IMG/VR virus record: IMGVR_UViG_3300028809_000018
Coordinates: 1-55,873 of that record
Source: a virus
Lineage: Duplodnaviria > Caudoviricetes
Direction: 5' to 3' (one strand)
Length of the DNA: 55,873 bases
The first letter of the stretch is position 1. Each line of letters starts with the position of its first letter. Positions 17,476 to 27,503 of this stretch are shown piece after piece. Position numbers and translations under genes: made by a program. The notes under the pieces are model-generated. The model searched no databases. It was not told where the DNA came from and saw only the letters and a program-made list of their open reading frames with translations.

Positions 17476-18196
17476 TGCTGAGGAGACGGTCTACCAGGCG
17501 GCGAAGGCGGGCCTGAAGCGTTGGCTTGCCCGCGCGCGCGAGGTAGTCATGGCCCCGTTCGTCCGCTTCAAGACTCTCCCCAGCGCAGACGCAATCTATT
17601 CCACCCAGCCGATGTGGAATGACCAGGTAGCCCGAATCATGGCCGCGCTCGACCCAGTCTCGCGCGAGGGATGGATCGCTGCCGATCTGCCGGGAACATA
17701 CGATCCAGGGGACCCGTACGTCCGCGCCGCGCTCGCGATGACCCACAATCTGATCGTCCGCCTGCCGGACGAGACTCACGCCAAGATCGTCGCCATCATC
17801 TTTGATGGCACAAACAAAGGCCAGAGCACCGACGTAATCGCCTCGCGCATCGACAGCCTGTTGACCTACACAGGTTCCGAGAATTGGGACGGTCGGGCTC
17901 GGCTGATTGCTCAGACGGAAACGACGCGGAACTTTGGCGCGGGAATGATCGCTCACGGGCTGCTCGCAGAACGGGCAGGTGCTCGTGTCGCGAAGAAGTG
18001 GATGGCCCATGACGATGACCGTACCCGTACATCCCACATGCGAACCGACGGCCAGGTTCGGCGACTGAGCGAGATGTTCGACGTGACGGATGGGGTGGGC
18101 GAGACGGTACAGATGCTGTATCCCGGCGATCCGACCGCGCCCGCGGATGAAGTCTGCAACTGCCGCTGCTGGCCGAAGGTGGTGAGGCTTCCGTGA
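17459..18196 (+). CDS. MuF-like (SPP1 gp7) minor head protein
   Basis: RARLIAQTE, KKW...D.RTR.SH, YPGDP, NCRC. Confidence 0.9.
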   Translation: MAASRDAEETVYQAAKAGLKRWLARAREVVMAPFVRFKTLPSADAIYSTQPMWNDQVARIMAALDPVSREGWIAADLPGTYDPGDPYVRAALAMTHNLIVRLPDETHAKIVAIIFDGTNKGQSTDVIASRIDSLLTYTGSENWDGRARLIAQTETTRNFGAGMIAHGLLAERAGARVAKKWMAHDDDRTRTSHMRTDGQVRRLSEMFDVTDGVGETVQMLYPGDPTAPADEVCNCRCWPKVVRLP

Positions 18197-20343
18197 GGGA
18201 GATCCCGTTCAACGGACTCTTCGAGCCCTGGGAGGTTCCCACGGGCGATCGTCGCGTCTTCAAGGCGGCGGGCCTGCGCAACCGGGGCCTGCCGATCCCA
18301 CTGATGATGCGGACCAGCTCGGGCGGGCACGAGGGCGCCGAGACGATCGGCTGGATCGACAAGATCGTGAACGGGCCGGGCGGGCGCTGGTACTCCGGCA
18401 AGCTCGCCGACCCGGAGATCGTGCCGTTGGTCAAGAAGGCCGTCTACTTCATCAAAAACAAGGTCATCCGCCCCAGCGTGGACCTCGACCGCTCGTTCAC
18501 CGTCGAGCCCCGCGACCACTCGGACGGCAAGAAGATCGCGTACTTCACCGACGGCAACGTTATCGGCGCCACGCTCGTGCCGATGCCCGCCTTCGACGAG
18601 GTCAACATGAAGCTCACCGAGACGGTCGAGATCGAGCCCGATGAGGAGCAGCTCGTCCTGGTCGCTTCGATCATGACCGAGTTCGCCACCACCGCCGCCT
18701 GGGACTCGCTCCCCATCGCCCCGCGCGAGTACAAATTCGACGCGGATGACGCCGTGAAGCGGATCGCGGCGTGGGCCGGCGTGGGAACCAACAAGCCCGA
18801 CACCGAGAAGTACGCCTCGATGTTCCTGTGGCGCGGCGGCAACCAGACCGGCACCACCCTCGCGCAGGAGGACTTCCGCCTGCCGCTCGGCGACATCGGG
18901 CAGGACGGCCAGGCTTACCTGGTCTACCACGCCATCTACGCCGCCGCGGCGCTTCTGTCCGGCGGCCACGGCGGACTCCCCAACATCCCCGACTCCGACA
19001 AGCAGCACATCATGGGGGTCATCAACCAGATCTATCCGAAGATGGCGCAGCACTTCAACGACCCCAACATGAAGTCGCCATTCATGGAAGGACGGCCCCA
19101 GCAGATGAGCGCTGAGAGCGAAAACCTAACGGAGCGGGTCGAGGAGCAGTCGGAAAAGTTCGGGGTTGACGTCATGGAAGACAACCCTGACCCCACTGAC
19201 TACGCGGGCACCACATTCGCGACCGCAACTGCACCATCCGCCAGTGACTTCGCAAACCCCAGTCTCAAGCGAGCCACTCCATTGACCGTCGTCGGAAACC
19301 GCGTCTTCGGTCACCTCGGAAAGTGGGGCGAATGTCATCTCGGCATTGGTGACAAGTGCGTCATGCTGCCCCACTCGCAGACGGACTACACGCTGTTTAA
19401 GACTGGTTCGATCCAGCTCGACGACGGGTCCACCGTCCGCGTCGGGAAGATCACTGTCGGGACCGGTCATGCTCACCCCAAGTTCGGCATCGTGCCCTCC
19501 CGCGAACACTACGACAACTCGGGCTGGTGCGCCGCGGTCGTCAACGTGGGCGAGGACCAGTTCGGCGTCTGGGTGTCCGGCGTCCTGGTCGACGAGTCGA
19601 AGAAGGCGGAGCTGATGCGCTCGCCGCTGTCCGGCGACTGGCGCCGGTACAACGGCAACCTGGAGCTGGTGGCCGCGCTCGCCGTCAACAGCCCCGGCTT
19701 CCCCGTCTTCGCGCAGGAGGAGGGTGAGGAGTTCAGCCTCGTGGCCGCCGGCTCCATCCCGCTCATCCCCGAGCCGGCTTTCATCGAGGTCCCGTCGGCG
19801 TTCACCGCCGAGTTCTCCTACGAGGAGGTGGTGGAGCAGGTGCGCGCCTCCGTCCTCGCCGAGCAGGACCGCGCCCGCCGCTTCGCCCAGATCAAGGCGG
19901 ACCACGAGCGTCGGGAGCAGGCCCGCCGGGCGGCCCGGCTGGCGGAGTTCGCCCCCATGCCGGCGCCCACCACCCAGCAGCCGGCGGCGCAGGCCCCGCC
20001 CGCCGGGCAACCCCAGCCCGGCCAGCAGCAGCCCGCGGCCGGGCAGGATCTCGACGGCGACGGCGACCCGGACGCGGACCCGAGCACGCCCGGTATCGCG
20101 GAGGTCGATGACCCTGGCCGCGACACGATGTTGGCCCGGATGGCGGATAGCAGCTACGTCGTGATCAACGAGGAAACTGGTGAAGAGGAGGAGCCTGGTC
20201 AGTTCCTCTACAAGCAGGCGACCGAGTCATCGCAGAAGGCTGCGCAGCCGGCGCAGCAAGAGGGACAGCCGCAGGCTCAGGCCGCCCAACCGCAAGCAGC
20301 TCCGCAGCAGCAAGCTCAGCAGGCCCCTCCACCGCAGGGATAA
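18193..20343 (+). CDS. Capsid maturation protease-like protein with a Q/P-rich tail
   Basis: TGDRR.F, GH.GA..IG, SVDLD, GATLVPMPAF; second domain with GH...WG.CH and LSGDWR. Confidence 0.7.
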   Translation: MREIPFNGLFEPWEVPTGDRRVFKAAGLRNRGLPIPLMMRTSSGGHEGAETIGWIDKIVNGPGGRWYSGKLADPEIVPLVKKAVYFIKNKVIRPSVDLDRSFTVEPRDHSDGKKIAYFTDGNVIGATLVPMPAFDEVNMKLTETVEIEPDEEQLVLVASIMTEFATTAAWDSLPIAPREYKFDADDAVKRIAAWAGVGTNKPDTEKYASMFLWRGGNQTGTTLAQEDFRLPLGDIGQDGQAYLVYHAIYAAAALLSGGHGGLPNIPDSDKQHIMGVINQIYPKMAQHFNDPNMKSPFMEGRPQQMSAESENLTERVEEQSEKFGVDVMEDNPDPTDYAGTTFATATAPSASDFANPSLKRATPLTVVGNRVFGHLGKWGECHLGIGDKCVMLPHSQTDYTLFKTGSIQLDDGSTVRVGKITVGTGHAHPKFGIVPSREHYDNSGWCAAVVNVGEDQFGVWVSGVLVDESKKAELMRSPLSGDWRRYNGNLELVAALAVNSPGFPVFAQEEGEEFSLVAAGSIPLIPEPAFIEVPSAFTAEFSYEEVVEQVRASVLAEQDRARRFAQIKADHERREQARRAARLAEFAPMPAPTTQQPAAQAPPAGQPQPGQQQPAAGQDLDGDGDPDADPSTPGIAEVDDPGRDTMLARMADSSYVVINEETGEEEEPGQFLYKQATESSQKAAQPAQQEGQPQAQAAQPQAAPQQQAQQAPPPQG

Positions 20344-20346
20344 CGG

Positions 20347-23300
20347 ATGAACCCGGTCGTCAGCTTTTGGAAGGAAATCGATCACCCGCGTGATCGGTTG
20401 GGTCGCTTCCGCTCCAAGTGGTCCGTAAAGGGGCCAGCCAAAGAGCTGATCGACGCCATCCTGGAAACGGTTGAACCGCGGCAGTTCGGAAGCCCGCAGC
20501 AGGCGCACGTTTACCTGAACCGGAAGTTTGAGGGCGGCAAGCCGGGCGGCCGGAAGGCTGTTCTCGATTACCTCGGCAACTTCCGGGCCATCAATGCCGA
20601 GATGAAGGCGGGCCAGAACCCGCCCGAGGCGGAGGCGCTGCGCTCCTCGATGCAGCCGTTGCCCGACGACCTGATGCTCACCCAGTCGACGACGCCCCAG
20701 GCGTTTGGCTTGGACGCGTCGAGCCTTGGCCTGCTGGAGGAGCTGACCGGCAAGGTGGTCCGGGACCGGACCTTCACCACGGCGTGGCTCGGTCCGACCA
20801 CCAATAACGGCGGCATCCAGATGCACATTCTGGCGCCAGAGGGGACCAACGCTTCCCACGTCGGTGGCGTTGAGGTACTGCTCAGCGACAAGGTCCCGTA
20901 CCGAATCACGCACGTCAATCAGAACCCCGACGGCACCTACACCGTGGCCGCGATCGCCCTGCCGGAGAGCGAGGGCGCCAACGCCAAGACCATGCGCGAA
21001 GCCATGCTGGAGGGCCAGCGGGAAGGCAACGAAGAGGCTCGGGAGCAGGGTCTGCCCGAGTCGACCGAGGTCATGCCGGCGCAGGACACCACCATCCCGG
21101 AGCGGATGCCTGCCCGCAACCCCGCGGGCGCCGACGTTCTCGCCCCGGTCGAGGCGAAGGGTACAGGCGATTCGTCGGACGGTTTCGAAGCCGACGGCCG
21201 ACAGTCGTGGGTGAAGGACGGGCAACCCATCACCATCGGGCCGGGCCGGTCCGGCGGCGAGATCGGCGTCTACCAAGGCGACCGCATCGTCGCCACCGCG
21301 CCCGACATCGAGATGCTGCCCCAGGCCGCCGCTCGCGCCGACCTGCCCGAGGTGGCCCGCTGGGCACGGTCCAACAAGCAGACGCCCCTCGACCGGATGG
21401 GGCCGTCCGCCAAGGAGGCCGCGGACCGTGCCGCGACCAACCGTGCCGACAGCGAGGAGGCGCGGACGGCGGAGGCGGAGCGCGCCAACGTCCGCAAGGA
21501 GCGCGAGCGCGCCAGCGATGAGCGCTGGGAGGGCCGCGACAAGAAGATCGCCGCCCGGCAGGCCGAGGCCCGCAAGAAGCTGCCCAAGCTCGCCGACCGC
21601 AAGCAGGAGGAGAAGCCCGAGCCGACCGAGGAGGAGAAGGAGCGCCGCATCAAGCGGCTGGAGGACGTCCGCGCCGCCCAGCCCAAGTTCAAGCCCGGCG
21701 ACCGCGGCGGCATCGAGGACCGCGCCGGGGACGAGATCATCGCCGAGCGCAACGCGCCCCGCCCGCTCAAGAAGCTCACCAAGAAGGCTGCCAACAACGC
21801 CTCTTCGGGCGAGCTGATGCGCTCTATGCGCGAGGGCCGGCTCAGTCGCGCCGAGACGAAGAAGCTCATCACCGAGCGCGTGAACGTGCTCAAGCGCATC
21901 CGCGCCGACATGGGCGACTCCGACTCGGACGTCCGCGCCGAGCGGATCGACGCGCGGCTGGTCGAGGAGCAGGACCGGCTTGCCGAACTTGAGGGGACCC
22001 CGCGCAAGTCTCTGAAGAAGCTCGCGCCCGCCAAGTCTGTGCCCGACGGCGTTTCGGAGCCGGTCGAGGCGCCCGCGCCCGCGAAGAAGGCGCTCAAGAA
22101 GGCTGCCAAGGCGGGACCGCGCGGCGCCCAAAAGGGCGACATCATCGAGTGGACCGACGAGAACGCCGACAACAAGGTCATTCGTGGCGAGATCCTCAGC
22201 CGTCAGCGCGACGGTTCGGTCACCGTGCAATGGGACGGCGGCCGACGCGAGACAGGTGTCGATCCGGACGCGGCGAGCATGCGATTCCGACGCCGCGAAG
22301 AGGGCGACGCCCCGATCACGCCCATCAAGAAGGCGCTGAAGAAGGCCGCGCCCGCCAAGGTCGCGAAGAAGGCTGCCCCATCGGTCAGTTTCGAGGACGC
22401 GAAGAACCGGATCGACGACTGGGACAACCCGCCCAGCCGCGAAGAGATCCGCAACATGGTCGACAACGTCAGCACGGCCGATCTCCGTCGGCTTGGCGAA
22501 GACTTCAAGATCAACGGGTGGAAGCGGAAGCGGCTCGACGACCTGCGGGCCGACATCGTTGAGTACGGCGGGCGCCGGATCGACTCCATCGCGGTTCGCG
22601 GCTTCCGCGGTCGCAGGCCAGGCGACGAGACGCCCGGCGATCGTCCGATCAACCTGCCGCGGCGGCCATCGAGCACGCCTTCGGGCGTGGACGACATCGC
22701 TGAGGTGGCACGGATTCGAGCGGAGCGCGACCGTGCGCTCGCTGGTCCTGACGGCGAGATCCGCCGTCGGGGGGAAGAGGAGGAGGCTCGCCCGCCCATT
22801 CCGGCCCGCAAGACTCTGCCGCGGGCGCAACGAAACGCCGACCGCGAAGACGTCATCCGGCAACTCAATGATCACGAAAGTGACATGAACCGCCAGCAGG
22901 CCGCGGATCTCGTGGACCGACTGTCCACGCCCGACCTGCGGGCCGTCGGCAAGGCGTTCAACGTTCCTCGTGCCAACTCGATGAAGCTCGACCAGCTTCG
23001 GCAGGAAATCGTTGAAGCGACCGTCGGGCGCCGCCTGGACTCCATTGCTATCCGCGGTTTCCGTGGACGCGCGCCAGGCGTGGACACGCCAAGCGACCGC
23101 AGCACCGACGCCGAACAGCGCATCATGCGTCAGGAGGGCGGCGGCGGTGCGAGCAACGTCCGCAGTCTGCCCCCCGCCAAGGCGACCAGCGCTCCCGAGC
23201 GCGACCGGCTCGCCACCGTCACTCCGCTGAAGCGGGTCGCGCCCAGCGCCCCCGAGACGCCCCCCGCCAAGAAGGCGCCCGCTAAGACCACAACAGCGCA

Positions 23301-24444
23301 GCGTGACCGTGACCGCCTGGCCGACCTGATCGATCGCGAGTTGGCGAGCAACGATCCCGACCTGGACGCGCGGAAGGGCGTCTCTAATGCACCGACAGAT
23401 CGGGAGCGTCTGACAGCCATCCGCGACCGCCTGCGCAGCGGTGAGCGTTCATACGAGAACTTCAAGGACCTGGCTCAGGGGGATGCTCTACAGCGCCCTC
23501 GACGCGAAGCTGGCCAAGAGTCGGTGTTCGATCGGATCACGCGAGATTTCGAGGGCGGCGCTCCGATCGCCAAGAAGGCGCCCGCTAAGCGGATCAGCAA
23601 GGCGCAGCGCGCAGCCGAGGACGTCGAGCACGAGAAGCGCGAAGACGACACCCTCTTCGACGGCTTCTTGAAGACGATCGAAGACGTCGGCGACGGCCAG
23701 AACCGCATGGTGACGCGCGAGCAGCTCGCTGGTCGCACCAACCTCTCCGACAGCGAGCTGGACCGCACCGTTGCCCGGCTCAAGGAGCAGGGCGACATCA
23801 TCGAGCTGCCCAACCGCTCCGGCCTCACCTTCACGCCCGACGCCTTCGAGCGGCGGCGCGGACAGGAGCGCAACCCGTTCCCCACGCGGGCCGAGCTGAC
23901 CGAGCGGCTGGCCAAGTCCACGCCCGCCAAGAAGGCGCTCCCCAGTGGACGCGATGAGGACGATGCACGGCGCCAGCAGTCGCGCAACCGTGCGGAGTCG
24001 CTGACGGAGCGGATGGATCGTCTGCGCACCCAGCGTGAACAGCTCCAGCGGGAAGAGGCGCGGACGCAGCAAGAGATTGGCGCCAAGCAGGTGCTCGACG
24101 CGGTCAAGAAGGCGCTCCCCACACTCGACGCGGTTGCCGGCCGTCCGCGCAAAGCGCGGACCGATGACCTGGATGAGCTGATCGGCGCCCACAGGGGCGC
24201 GGGGGGGATTCTCGACGAAGCCTTCGAGAACGGCCTTGAGGTCGACTACGAAACGGGGGTCATCACGATCCCCGAGGCGGCACGTTCGCTGCTTCGGGAG
24301 CACCTTCTTAATCGTGAAGGGATCGCGGACGACAATTTGGCCGAAACCACGTTTCCGCTCCGGGGCGAGGAGCGCAGGCGAACGCGTGCCGAATTGAACG
24401 CAGCGCGCCGGCTGTTGAAGCTGGTCGAACAACCATCGAGGTGA
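20347..24444 (+). CDS. Large multidomain head-associated protein (degenerate VIP2-like ART domain, HeH-like repeats, wHTH, PAKKA repeats)
   Basis: N-terminal HPRDRLGRF; ART-like segment; two internal ~65-aa repeats; located between protease and capsid genes. Confidence 0.7.
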   Translation: MNPVVSFWKEIDHPRDRLGRFRSKWSVKGPAKELIDAILETVEPRQFGSPQQAHVYLNRKFEGGKPGGRKAVLDYLGNFRAINAEMKAGQNPPEAEALRSSMQPLPDDLMLTQSTTPQAFGLDASSLGLLEELTGKVVRDRTFTTAWLGPTTNNGGIQMHILAPEGTNASHVGGVEVLLSDKVPYRITHVNQNPDGTYTVAAIALPESEGANAKTMREAMLEGQREGNEEAREQGLPESTEVMPAQDTTIPERMPARNPAGADVLAPVEAKGTGDSSDGFEADGRQSWVKDGQPITIGPGRSGGEIGVYQGDRIVATAPDIEMLPQAAARADLPEVARWARSNKQTPLDRMGPSAKEAADRAATNRADSEEARTAEAERANVRKERERASDERWEGRDKKIAARQAEARKKLPKLADRKQEEKPEPTEEEKERRIKRLEDVRAAQPKFKPGDRGGIEDRAGDEIIAERNAPRPLKKLTKKAANNASSGELMRSMREGRLSRAETKKLITERVNVLKRIRADMGDSDSDVRAERIDARLVEEQDRLAELEGTPRKSLKKLAPAKSVPDGVSEPVEAPAPAKKALKKAAKAGPRGAQKGDIIEWTDENADNKVIRGEILSRQRDGSVTVQWDGGRRETGVDPDAASMRFRRREEGDAPITPIKKALKKAAPAKVAKKAAPSVSFEDAKNRIDDWDNPPSREEIRNMVDNVSTADLRRLGEDFKINGWKRKRLDDLRADIVEYGGRRIDSIAVRGFRGRRPGDETPGDRPINLPRRPSSTPSGVDDIAEVARIRAERDRALAGPDGEIRRRGEEEEARPPIPARKTLPRAQRNADREDVIRQLNDHESDMNRQQAADLVDRLSTPDLRAVGKAFNVPRANSMKLDQLRQEIVEATVGRRLDSIAIRGFRGRAPGVDTPSDRSTDAEQRIMRQEGGGGASNVRSLPPAKATSAPERDRLATVTPLKRVAPSAPETPPAKKAPAKTTTAQRDRDRLADLIDRELASNDPDLDARKGVSNAPTDRERLTAIRDRLRSGERSYENFKDLAQGDALQRPRREAGQESVFDRITRDFEGGAPIAKKAPAKRISKAQRAAEDVEHEKREDDTLFDGFLKTIEDVGDGQNRMVTREQLAGRTNLSDSELDRTVARLKEQGDIIELPNRSGLTFTPDAFERRRGQERNPFPTRAELTERLAKSTPAKKALPSGRDEDDARRQQSRNRAESLTERMDRLRTQREQLQREEARTQQEIGAKQVLDAVKKALPTLDAVAGRPRKARTDDLDELIGAHRGAGGILDEAFENGLEVDYETGVITIPEAARSLLREHLLNREGIADDNLAETTFPLRGEERRRTRAELNAARRLLKLVEQPSR

Positions 24445-24472
24445 CGAGTTTGCCTTGAGAGAAGGAGGAGCA

Positions 24473-24634
24473 ATGCCTTGCGGTACCTGTGGTGGCGGGC
24501 AGCCAGCCCCCATGCGCGAGTTCGTCTACACCTCTCCTCGTGGTGAGGAGAAGGTCGTTTCTTCGGAGACAGAAGCCAAGCTCCAGGTTTCCATCAACGG
24601 GGGCGGCTCGTACAAGGTGAAGAAGAAGGACTAG
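24473..24634 (+). CDS. Small protein (MPCGTCGGG...) preceding the capsid gene
   Basis: Strong RBS AAGGAGGAG; 53 aa; missing from the ORF track because of its size. Confidence 0.7.
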   Translation: MPCGTCGGGQPAPMREFVYTSPRGEEKVVSSETEAKLQVSINGGGSYKVKKKD

Positions 24635-24742
24635 CAGACGGGTCCGTTCCTTGCAATAGGGACGGACCCGCTCTATATTTCGATCAAGCTCCGGGGATGG
24701 TTGTGGGCCTCTCGGCGGACGAAGCATGCCAGAGGACAAAGC

Positions 24743-26389
24743 ATGTTTGACCTGCCGCAGGATCTCAAGATCCTGACGAAGAAGGCCCTCCAGGACTTCA
24801 GCCTGATGGCCGCGGCTGCCCGCGACGAGATCCTGGATGCCACGACCGCCGAGACGGTCACCGACGAGCAAATCGAGGAGCTTGAGCAGCTCAAGAACTT
24901 CTCGGTCGACATCGATGCCGAGCTGAAGGGGCGCCAGGAGCGTGCTGCACGCTTCAACGCCGCGACCGCCGAGGCTGAGGTCGAGGAGGAGGAGCCCGAG
25001 GCTGCCGCTGAGCCGGCTGCCGAGGCTGCGCCTGCTGCCGAGGCTGAGGCTGAGCCGGAGGCCGTGACTGCGGGCTCCGCCAAGACGCCGCGCCTCCAGG
25101 ACGTCATCAACGTCAGCAACAACGGCAACACCGCCGTAGACCTGCCCGTCTCCGAAGCGGTCAAGAACTTCACGTTCATCGCCGCTCCCGACACCGGTTT
25201 CGCCGCGGGCGCCGAGCTGGACGGCTGGGACGACATCACGAAGGCATTCGTGAACCGCTCGCGCACGCACACGCGCGGCGCCCCCGCCCAGCACCACAAC
25301 TTCGCACTCATCAAGCGCGAGTTCGGCGACCTGGACATCCTGGAGAGCGACAGCGACCAGGAGCAGATGCGCAAGGTGGACCTGGTCCGCACGCCGGACG
25401 ACGACGCTCTGCTCGCAGGCGTCGGCTGGTGTGCACCGTCCGAGACGATCTACACCACCTGTTCGCAGGTGACCGCGACCGGCCTCATCTCGGTCCCGGA
25501 GATCGGCGCCCGGCGCGGCGGCATCCGCCACAACCAGGGCATCCAGTTCGACACCATCTTCGGTGGCGGCACTGGCTTCAACATCCTGACCGAGGCTCAG
25601 GTCATCGCGGACACGGTCAAGACCTGTGTGCCGATCCCCTGCCCCGAGTTCATCGACGACCGGCTCAAGGTCGCGGTGCTCTGCCTCACCGGTGACATCC
25701 TCCAGGACCGCGCGTACCCGGAGTTCGTCAAGACGTTCATCCAGGGCGCTGTCGCGACCCAGGCGCACAACGTCAACCGGCAGATCATCGCCGACATGAT
25801 CTCCGACTCCACCGCTGTGACCTTCACGGGCCAGCCGTGGACCTCGGACGGCTCGGTGCTCTCGCAGCACATGGCCGCTGTCGACGTGGCTGCGGTTGAC
25901 ATCCGGTACCGGCTCCGGCTGGACCCGAATGCCAACCTGGAGATCAAGCTCCCGCTGTGGTTCAAGGCTCAGCTCCGGGCCGACTACCTTCGTCAGAACG
26001 CTCGCGTCAGCGACGACCTCGCCGACTCGATCGTGATGAAGATGTACTCGGACCGCAACGTGTCCCCGCAGTTCGTCTACGACTGGCAGGACGCCTTCGC
26101 CCTGGGTGCCTCCGCGGGCTACCCCGGCGCGGACGTGCCGATCAACTCGCTCCCGACCGAGGTGTCCTGGCTGATGTACCCGGCTGGCACGTGGGTGGTC
26201 GCCCGTCTCGACGTGATCCGCCTGGACACGATCTACGACAGCACCAACATCACGACCAACAAGGTCACGGAGCTGTTCGTCGAAGACGGCTTCAAGGCCA
26301 TGCGCTTCTGTCCCATCTCCCGCGTATACACGCACACGATCTGCCCGAACGGCTCGACCGGCGTGCAGCGAGCGGTCACCTGCTCCTAA
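24743..26389 (+). CDS. Major capsid (hexamer-type) protein with an N-terminal acidic scaffold-like region
   Basis: GWCAPSETIY, RRGGI, K.C..IPCP.F and FVYDWQ motifs as in Rosebush-like capsids; strongly biased codon usage. Confidence 0.88.
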   Translation: MFDLPQDLKILTKKALQDFSLMAAAARDEILDATTAETVTDEQIEELEQLKNFSVDIDAELKGRQERAARFNAATAEAEVEEEEPEAAAEPAAEAAPAAEAEAEPEAVTAGSAKTPRLQDVINVSNNGNTAVDLPVSEAVKNFTFIAAPDTGFAAGAELDGWDDITKAFVNRSRTHTRGAPAQHHNFALIKREFGDLDILESDSDQEQMRKVDLVRTPDDDALLAGVGWCAPSETIYTTCSQVTATGLISVPEIGARRGGIRHNQGIQFDTIFGGGTGFNILTEAQVIADTVKTCVPIPCPEFIDDRLKVAVLCLTGDILQDRAYPEFVKTFIQGAVATQAHNVNRQIIADMISDSTAVTFTGQPWTSDGSVLSQHMAAVDVAAVDIRYRLRLDPNANLEIKLPLWFKAQLRADYLRQNARVSDDLADSIVMKMYSDRNVSPQFVYDWQDAFALGASAGYPGADVPINSLPTEVSWLMYPAGTWVVARLDVIRLDTIYDSTNITTNKVTELFVEDGFKAMRFCPISRVYTHTICPNGSTGVQRAVTCS

Positions 26390-26390
26390 C

Positions 26391-26423
26391 GGATCGGGGG
26401 CGGCCTCCGGGTCGCCCCCGTCC
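26391..26423 (+). terminator. Hairpin after the capsid gene
   Basis: CGGGGGCGGC-CTCCGG-GTCGCCCCCG stem. Confidence 0.55.
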
Positions 26424-26455
26424 GACCTGACCGCTCACGCGAAAGGAGGTGGAGC

Positions 26456-27304
26456 ATGGCAAGCCTTACTGGTCCCCGCTATGTCGCGCGCCCCAACGCG
26501 CCCGTCAGCCGGTCAACGTTCTACAAGGTGTCCACGGGTCCGTTGGACCTGCCCGACCACGCCGGCTCGGGCGGCCTTCAGTACCAGATCTCTTGGTGCG
26601 AAGGCTTCCCGCTGTGCTACGAGGTGCTGTGCCAGACCAACGGCGAGCGCGGAACCAAGACGTTCCCCGGCTCGCCCACCACGGTCGAGGCACTGCCGTT
26701 CGTCGTCTACAGCACCATCACCTGCTCGCCGGTTGGCATGGACGCCGAGCAGCTTCAGACCTACCTGGCCGATCAGCTTGAGGTCGGCGAGCAGGCAACC
26801 GTCGAGCGCGTCTTCTCCGAGCAGCTTTGTGGACAGTTCCCCGGCCTCGCCAACAACGAGGCGACCGCGGACCTGACCGCGGCGACCGACATCGTCAACG
26901 CGGTGTCGATGTTGGAGAACTGGCTCTACGAGACGCAGGAATACGGACCGCGCGGCGTGCTGCACGTGCCGCTGGTGTTCGCCGCCTACTTCTCGAATCT
27001 GCACCTGCTCGACAACCGCGACAGCAACGGCGTCTACCGGACCGCGCTCGGCACGGCTATCAACTTCGGCAACTACGCCGGGACCGATCCGACGGGCGGG
27101 AACCCGGCCGCGGGATCGTCCTACATCTACATCACTGGCCAGACCGCGGTCTGGCGCGCACCGAGCGTCTTCAGCCCCACGCGGGGCGAGATGCTCAAGC
27201 GGACCACCAACGTCGTGACCAGCCTCATGGAGCGCGAGATCATCGTCTCCTTCGACTGCCACGCCGCCGGTACGGAGACTCCGATTTCCGGGGTGGTTGA
27301 GTAA
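26456..27304 (+). CDS. Second capsid (pentamer-type/minor capsid) protein
   Basis: Follows the major capsid gene; PFVVY...C, GEQ..VE, GVLHVP, GNY.G, N......ER pattern. Confidence 0.7.
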   Translation: MASLTGPRYVARPNAPVSRSTFYKVSTGPLDLPDHAGSGGLQYQISWCEGFPLCYEVLCQTNGERGTKTFPGSPTTVEALPFVVYSTITCSPVGMDAEQLQTYLADQLEVGEQATVERVFSEQLCGQFPGLANNEATADLTAATDIVNAVSMLENWLYETQEYGPRGVLHVPLVFAAYFSNLHLLDNRDSNGVYRTALGTAINFGNYAGTDPTGGNPAAGSSYIYITGQTAVWRAPSVFSPTRGEMLKRTTNVVTSLMEREIIVSFDCHAAGTETPISGVVE

Positions 27305-27501
27305 TGGCCCGGATCGAAGTCGACAACGACGTCCTGGTCCCCACCGCGCAGCTTCTGCTGCAACTGGTGAAGGACCCGGACGACGTCCAGTTCACGCACG
27401 GCCCGCAGGGCTCGGTCTTCGTGGTTCCTGACGCGGTCGCGGAGGAATTCGTGCTCGCCGTCAACGCGACCGAGTCCAAGCCCGAGAAGAAGGCGAAGTA
27501 A
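27304..27501 (+). CDS. Small virion-associated protein
   Basis: TAATG coupling; F.VPD.VA motif. Confidence 0.65.
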   Translation: MARIEVDNDVLVPTAQLLLQLVKDPDDVQFTHGPQGSVFVVPDAVAEEFVLAVNATESKPEKKAK

Positions 27502-27503
27502 CC

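Noticed and set aside
20227-26335. Long antisense ORFs (20227-22875, 24308-26335; also 3959-5581 and 11722-13503)
   Set aside because: Shadow frames of real high-GC genes on the opposite strand.
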